DNA of 12,496 nucleotides from Pseudobacteriovorax sp. (GTDB lineage Bacteria; Bdellovibrionota_B; Oligoflexia; Oligoflexales; Oligoflexaceae): NCBI GenBank assembly GCA_050293845.1, contig JBNKNM010000168.1, positions 1 to 12,496 of the forward strand, read 5' to 3'. Shown piece by piece: positions 7,943 to 12,496 of this stretch (position 1 is its first letter; each line of letters starts with the position of its first letter). The notes under the pieces were generated by a model. It saw only the letters and a program-made list of their open reading frames with translations, ran no database searches and was not told where the DNA came from. The position numbers and the translations under genes were made by a program.

Positions 7943-8740
7943 ATGATGAGTAAGACTGCTTCATACAAATCTCTTGTATCGGTATCGCTGCTTGGGGCAA
8001 TGGCAACTATTACTAGCTGTGGCAAACAAGATAATAGCGAGATGAAAAATGTTTTTGGTAATGACGATAGGGTTGTCGTTTCTACTAATCTAGCTTCCCC
8101 AGCTTACCCTTATAATTTAATCGGGAAGCTATTTATCGGAAACAGCTCTTGTACGGGTACCTTGGTGGGACCTGATTTGGTGCTCACCGCTGCCCACTGC
8201 GTCCGTGACGCGAGAGGTCGATTGAAATCTGGAATTGATTTTGAACTAGGTCACCATGATGGATCCTGGGTTGAATATTCGGCTGTTGCATCTGGAGTTA
8301 TAGGAGACTACGCAGGAACTAGAGCGAAATCCAAAAATGATTGGGCTGTTTTAAAGTTGGAAAACCGCCTTGGCGACGACTATGGTTGGATGCAGGTGAC
8401 AGGCTGGAACGCTAGAGATATTCCAGAATATTATCCGGTTACAGTTGCAGGGTACTCTGGTGATGCTGGAATAGGCCGGTATGGTGCTGTACTCACGGCT
8501 GATGAAACATGCTACACGAGGGGAACCGAGGCCTTGGGACGCATAGCCCATGATTGTGATATCTTTGCTGGGGCTTCAGGAGGACCCATGTTTGAAATCT
8601 ACGAAGGTGAAGCTTGGATTGTAGGGGTCCAATCCACAGAGTATAATTCGGGTACCTATCTTGAGTATACCCCTGCAAATAGAAACACCGCAGCTCCCAC
8701 GTATGATGCTTATGATGCTATAGGAAATCTTTGGGATTAA
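7943..8740 (+). CDS. Trypsin-like serine protease (S1, V8/glutamyl endopeptidase-like fold), lipoprotein
   Basis: Lipobox ITSC after a hydrophobic stretch, and VFGNDDR typical of the mature N-terminus. Catalytic triad motifs are CTGTLVGPDLVLTAAHC (His), NDWAVL (Asp) and CDIFAGASGGP (Ser). GAGGA RBS. Confidence 0.93.
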   Translation: MMSKTASYKSLVSVSLLGAMATITSCGKQDNSEMKNVFGNDDRVVVSTNLASPAYPYNLIGKLFIGNSSCTGTLVGPDLVLTAAHCVRDARGRLKSGIDFELGHHDGSWVEYSAVASGVIGDYAGTRAKSKNDWAVLKLENRLGDDYGWMQVTGWNARDIPEYYPVTVAGYSGDAGIGRYGAVLTADETCYTRGTEALGRIAHDCDIFAGASGGPMFEIYEGEAWIVGVQSTEYNSGTYLEYTPANRNTAAPTYDAYDAIGNLWD

Positions 8741-8893
8741 TACGTGACATTGGCATTTGGATTTCAAAATATTAATTTTCGCCCGTTGCCAACTTTTATA
8801 AGATGCGTTCACATAACTAATGTCGGGAATTGATACAAAAGAAAAACCTATGAACTCGCTAAAAACGATTAATGAATCATTAAAGGAAAGATT

Positions 8894-9392
8894 ATGAACT
8901 AAAAACATTTGCAGGTTTACTAGCCCTTTTGGGATTTTCAGAGGCACGCGTAGTGGCGTCACACCTTGGAAAGGTCTCGATCAAAAAGGTTTAGATGATA
9001 ACGAGTCTGGAGATTTATTTGGCACAAGTCTAACTGCTGGTGATTTTAATAACGATGGAAAAGACGAACTTGTAGTGGGAGCAAGTGGTGAAACCCCCGG
9101 CTCCGGCCCTAAATCCGGTGTGGTATTCATATTTAGAGGTGGTACCAGGGGCATGACTGCTCACCAAACAATTGATCAAGAGGGGGGACTTGGTAGCAAT
9201 GAATCTGGAGATCGATTTGGGGCAGCCGTTTGCACAGGCGACTTTAACAACGATGGTCGGGAGGATCTTTTTGTTGGAGCCACCGGATAGAAAGCAGGAA
9301 ATGATCCTACTTCCAGATATGGATTTACTTTTAAAGGAGCAAGGGGAAATCTCACGGCGTGGAATGGGCTAAGCCAGGAGACTAGCTTGTAG
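8894..9392 (+). pseudogene. Decayed secreted FG-GAP (integrin-like beta-propeller) repeat protein
   Basis: AAGGAAAG precedes an ATG at 8894. Restoring one base gives M(K)LKTFAGLLALLGFS, a signal peptide. From 8934 another frame reads IFRGTRSGVTPWKGLDQKGLDDNESGDLFGTSLTAGDFNNDGKDELVVGASGE...NESGDRFGAAVCTGDFNNDGREDLFVGATG*KAGNDPTSRYGFTFKGARGNLTAWNGLSQETSL*. The TAG at 9288-9290 aligns with Glu in the preceding repeat. Confidence 0.85.
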
Positions 9393-9420
9393 AAATTGGG
9401 GAGTGTAGCCTCCCTTATTT
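9393..9420. terminator. Probable bidirectional intrinsic terminator
   Basis: AAATTGGGGAG-TGTAGC-CTCCCTTATTT: a GGGAG/CTCCC stem with an A/T-rich extension, placed between two convergent stop codons (9392 on +, 9434 on -). Confidence 0.55.
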
Positions 9421-9433
9421 TCCACCTCTGTTT

Positions 9434-9664
9434 TCAGAAGGTAGGATATCCTTCCGGCAAAAAGCGATTAATATTGCCAGCGAATATACCGTTTGTAATA
9501 GGTAGATTCGCTTTTCCATAGTCAAAGCTATTCAACAGATTTCTTAACGTTTGATTGTCGATATTATCTCCAATCATTAAGTTCCAACTGATAATATCTG
9601 GCGTGACGAAACTTCCATAATGATTCTCTGCAGCCTCTCCTTGTTTGGCAAATCTAAATACATG
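9434..9664 (-). pseudogene. C-terminal fragment resembling an NPP1-family (Nep1-like, NLP) necrosis-inducing protein
   Basis: A minus-strand frame absent from the ORF track reads HVFRFAKQGEAAENHYGSFVTPDIISWNLMIGDNIDNQTLRNLLNSFDYGKANLPITNGIFAGNINRFLPEGYPTF* (76 aa). It matches my recollection of bacterial NLP C-termini (THxFRFA..E..EN..G...P...W...LR..L...D[FY]G.A...F..N.....P). There is no start codon before the motif, an in-frame TAA occurs a few codons upstream, and the GHRHDWE core is absent. Confidence 0.72.
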
Positions 9665-9786
9665 GGAAGGAAAGTTATGGCATTTTTACTTTTGAATATT
9701 TTTGAACCTATTAGTGGAAGGTTTTCCATGATGTTGCAGCTCCTGCTGCCATGATGAAAGAAAGGCAAAAGCATCTGTCAAAATGA

Positions 9787-10169
9787 GTTAATTATCAGTT
9801 TCTACAGGAGATAAATGGACTTGTACCACTTCCCTCCAGCCAAGACACCCCAACTGCTAAACTCGCCTCTGCTTGGAAAACACTTTTTAATGATGAAAAT
9901 TCGGATGAAGCATTCACAAGTTTTGGCAATTTTTTGCTAAATTCTAGCAAACCCCATTACTTCGATAAGGTCACAGCGGTCGTAACTGACTATTATCTCG
10001 ACGCAGGGAAGGCAGGAATGGAAGTTGCTAATCAACTCAAGGCTGTAGCACTTGAGGTTTCCATTTATCTTTGCTCTAGCACCGATGAGGTGAGTCAAGA
10101 ATTCTTTAAGGAGTTATGCCAAAGATGCCTTCGGAGGCTATACCAGTCTTATATTCACTAGACGGATAA
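9787..10169 (+). pseudogene. Degenerate response-regulator receiver domain, possibly the tail of a hybrid histidine kinase
   Basis: The frame open from 9787 reads ...SAWKTLFNDENSDEAFTSFGNFL...VTAVVTDYYLDAGKAGMEVANQLK...IYLCSS, with phosphoacceptor Asp in VTDYYL, G-x-E-V helix and beta4 Ser. After a frameshift near 10108 it continues GVMPKMP, supplying the conserved Lys, and ends at TAA 10167-10169. The N-terminal acidic DD motif is missing. Confidence 0.7.
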
Positions 10170-10505
10170 GAACAATCTGAGGATAACGAGATGACCTTGC
10201 TTAAAAGGATAGTCACTGGGTGCTGTTCAATCCCGAGATTTTCTCGTAATATATCTGCAAAAAAATTGATATCCAATCCTGATGGCTAGCTGGGAGTCAT
10301 TAAATCAATCTCTCCGAATGACAACTTGCAAAAAAATGCTAAACTTTACAGGTGGATACGCAGTATTTAAAAAGTGTAAAGGGAGCATTTTAATAATTTT
10401 TCCTGGGAACAGAAAAACTAATGTAGAATCATAGCGTTTGTTGCTGAGTCCAAAATACGAGTTAACTTAGGGCTTTGTATCAGGAAAAATTATCCAGGAG
10501 CCAGT

Positions 10506-11357
10506 ATGTATAATCTATTGATATCCGTAGGTGTCTTCACCACACTCCTCATCTTGTGTTCGTTAGAGTATGTAATTTATAAGCGATCTCGCAAAAAATA
10601 TGCATGGCAAGAGGGTTTGGTTTCTTTTTTAGTGTACGTAGGAGTTGTTATCAAGAGGATTCTTATAGGAGGAATCTTGATCGCTGTTGGCAATTATTTT
10701 TACGAATACAAATTATTCGACATAGATTCCACCATATCTACTTTAGCCTTGCTGATGCTATTGGTGGAAATATTCTATTACTGTCAGCATCGATTAGCTC
10801 ATACCATCAGATTCTGGTGGGCTTCGCATGCAGTTCATCATTCTCCCAATCAAATCAATTTTGCCACTGCGGTTCGTTTGAGTTGGACTTCTGAAATTTC
10901 GGGTATGTTCTTGATCTATATGCCTATTGTTTTCTTAGGGTTTCCTACCAAGCTGGTTTTCCTGACAATATTTTTCAATCTTCTTTACCAGTTATGGCTA
11001 CATACCGAAGTTGTCGGACGCTTACCAAAATTTATAGAACTTATATTTAATACCCCATCCCACCATCGGGTTCATCATGGAGCTAATGATGAATATATAG
11101 ACAAGAATTTTGGTGGTATTTTAATTATTTGGGATAAGATTTTTGGTTCTTATCAGGAGGAAAAAGAGGAAATACCCATCAAATATGGTTTAGTTAAACC
11201 AGTTCACTCCAATAATCCGCTATATGTAGTTTTTCATGAATGGGTAAATTTGTTTAAGGAATTGAGAACAGCCCGTAATGTTAAAGATATTCTTATTATA
11301 GTGTTTGGCAGGCCAGGTACATATTCTAAAACTGAGATGAAACTTAATTCTAAGTAA
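10506..11357 (+). CDS. Fatty acid hydroxylase / sterol desaturase family membrane di-iron enzyme (alkylglycerol monooxygenase-like)
   Basis: His boxes YYCQHRLAH, WASHAVHHS, WLHTE and NTPSHHRVHHG followed by YIDKNFGGILIIWDKIFGS. Several transmembrane stretches. AGGAG RBS at 10496-10500. Confidence 0.94.
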   Translation: MYNLLISVGVFTTLLILCSLEYVIYKRSRKKYAWQEGLVSFLVYVGVVIKRILIGGILIAVGNYFYEYKLFDIDSTISTLALLMLLVEIFYYCQHRLAHTIRFWWASHAVHHSPNQINFATAVRLSWTSEISGMFLIYMPIVFLGFPTKLVFLTIFFNLLYQLWLHTEVVGRLPKFIELIFNTPSHHRVHHGANDEYIDKNFGGILIIWDKIFGSYQEEKEEIPIKYGLVKPVHSNNPLYVVFHEWVNLFKELRTARNVKDILIIVFGRPGTYSKTEMKLNSK

Positions 11358-11406
11358 CTGGGTCTAGAGAAATTTCGTATCTGGTAGCAACTCTCAGTTA
11401 CAGATA

Positions 11407-11434
11407 AGCCCCTGACTCCCGTGAATCAAGGGCT
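11407..11434 (-). terminator. GC-rich hairpin between convergent reading frames, possible terminator
   Basis: On the minus strand AGCCCUUGAUUC-ACGG-GAGUCAGGGGCU forms 12 bp including two G-U pairs. The U-tract is weak (UAUCUG). Confidence 0.4.
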
Positions 11435-11538
11435 GCAAGAATGCCAGATGAAAAATGAAAACCTGAAAACCAGATAGATCATCTACTATTTGGAATTTAC
11501 GCTAAATACTAATACAAAAAGTGCGAAAGGCCAAAAAT

Positions 11539-11742
11539 CTAATCAATGGGATAGTTAGACTTATTTTTTTCAATTTTCTTCAACATGAGGTCATAAGCCT
11601 CATGACCATACTTATTGATAAATTGCCGTTTATATTTCACCAGTATTTTCATGGCTTCTTGGTTCATGCGTAACTCCTCGTAGTCTTTTAAACTAATAAT
11701 CTTTGGTAATCCTCTATTAAAGTTTGTTTGTGGACTAGACAA
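11539..11742 (-). CDS. Hypothetical small protein or gene remnant
   Basis: 67-codon ORF with a plausible helical, Lys/Glu-rich composition. TTG start, no clear RBS, in-frame stop two codons upstream, no recognised motif. Confidence 0.3.
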   Translation of the reverse strand: MSSPQTNFNRGLPKIISLKDYEELRMNQEAMKILVKYKRQFINKYGHEAYDLMLKKIEKNKSNYPID

Positions 11743-12169
11743 TTCTTATATAGATAATCGGTTGCTTGTATGAGTATTCTTGAAATAACTAGGATACTAT
11801 AAATATTTCAAAAAGATAGGAACTATCATTGAATCAGAGAAAGTCAAAATATTGAATAATATTCAATGGTTTCTGACCTTTTGTAACAATTAAATACTTA
11901 CCATAACCAATTTTATACCCTCGTGCCGTCAGCACACCTGCTCACAAAGTTTCAAAAATACCTCTAATTGAATCTTTAAATCTAGGTCATATATAAGAGA
12001 ATGTTTACCTATTGTCGAAAAAAAAATGGACGTGTGACTAACAGCTAGATACTGAGTATTGCCTAATCACTGAATATTATTTTGTTTGGGTAAGGGAACA
12101 GCCTTTGCTTCAGTAATAATTGCAGATCTGCTGTTATTATTCTTACTTGTTGTTATTGAGGCTGTTGAA

Positions 12170-12496
12170 ATGAAAATACTTTCCTATTATAAAACCAAAA
12201 ATCAATTATTATCCTTATCTCTAATTCTTCAATTCGTATTTACTATTGCTTTAGCTGTTTCTGCCCAAGGCTGCGGCCATGATTCAGATGATCAAAATCC
12301 TAATCCCAATCCAGAGACCCCCACAGATCCAGAGCCGGAGCCGGAGCAGCCAACTCCCCCTACAGATCCAAAGCCGGAGGAGCCAGAGCCCCCCACAGAT
12401 CCAAAGCCGGAGGAGCCAGAGCCCCCCACAGATCCAAAGCCGGAGGAGCCAGAGCCCCCCACAGAACCGGAGCTTCCAGGAGTGCAGGTCACTTTC
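12170..12496 (+). CDS. Lipoprotein with Pro/Glu-rich repeat linker (5' part, runs off the window)
   Basis: GAGG RBS at 12158-12161 and ATG at 12170. Open to the window end: MKILSYYKTKNQLLSLSLILQFVFTIALAVSAQGCGHDSDDQNPNPNPETPTDPEPEPEQPT(PPTDPKPEEPE)3PPTEPELPGVQVTF, with lipobox-like AQGC. Confidence 0.88.
   Translation, partial: MKILSYYKTKNQLLSLSLILQFVFTIALAVSAQGCGHDSDDQNPNPNPETPTDPEPEPEQPTPPTDPKPEEPEPPTDPKPEEPEPPTDPKPEEPEPPTEPELPGVQVTF
12356..12465 (+). repeat. 33-bp in-frame tandem repeat (3 full copies plus a partial copy)
   Basis: Unit CCCCCYACAGATCCAAAGCCGGAGGAGCCAGAG at 12356-12388, 12389-12421 and 12422-12454, with a partial copy to 12465. Encodes PPTDPKPEEPE. Confidence 0.95.

Noticed and set aside
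8351..8962. Minus-strand ORFs 8351-8551, 8493-8678 and 8576-8962
   Set aside because: Antisense to the protease and the FG-GAP remnant, with no motifs.
9288..9290. In-frame TAG as programmed readthrough, pyrrolysine or an alternative genetic code
   Set aside because: It aligns with Glu in the previous repeat (a single G-to-T change from GAG), the gene has other lesions, and TAG acts as a normal stop for the beta-galactosidase.
9075..9372. ORF-track calls 9075-9290 and 9172-9372 as intact genes
   Set aside because: The first is an internal piece of the FG-GAP pseudogene and the second is its off-frame shadow.
9577..9774. 65-aa minus-strand ORF from the track
   Set aside because: Wrong frame: the NLP-like signal lies in a different minus-strand frame over the same bases.
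10604..10894. 96-aa + ORF
   Set aside because: Out-of-frame shadow inside the desaturase-family gene.
11407..11434. Hairpin as an IS200/IS605 end or REP element
   Set aside because: Only a single full copy in the window (11 nt shared with about 7833-7843) and no tnpA or tnpB nearby.
12292..12492. Gly/Ser-rich minus-strand ORF, and the tandem repeat as a CRISPR array
   Set aside because: The ORF is the antisense mirror of the Pro-rich lipoprotein. The repeats are contiguous, in frame and have no spacers.

Overview
AT-rich bacterial chromosomal window. The left half carries galactose utilisation genes: an apparently exported LacZ-type GH2 beta-galactosidase with a C-terminal F5/8 type C (CBM32-like) domain, and a separate galT-galK pair. 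Both upstream regions contain a similar LacI/GalR-type operator. A small zf-TFIIB zinc-ribbon gene lies between them on the opposite strand. The right half encodes a trypsin-like serine protease lipoprotein, a fatty-acid hydroxylase/sterol desaturase-family membrane protein, and the start of a Pro/Glu-repeat lipoprotein that the ORF track missed. Between 8894 and 10169 are three decayed gene remnants that the ORF track largely hides: a secreted FG-GAP repeat protein (frameshift, probable internal deletion, nonsense codon), a C-terminal fragment resembling an NPP1/NLP necrosis-inducing protein on the minus strand, and a frameshifted receiver domain. No rRNA, tRNA, CRISPR array or transposase was seen. 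I found no demonstrably novel multi-gene system. Family assignments come from motif recognition without database searches.
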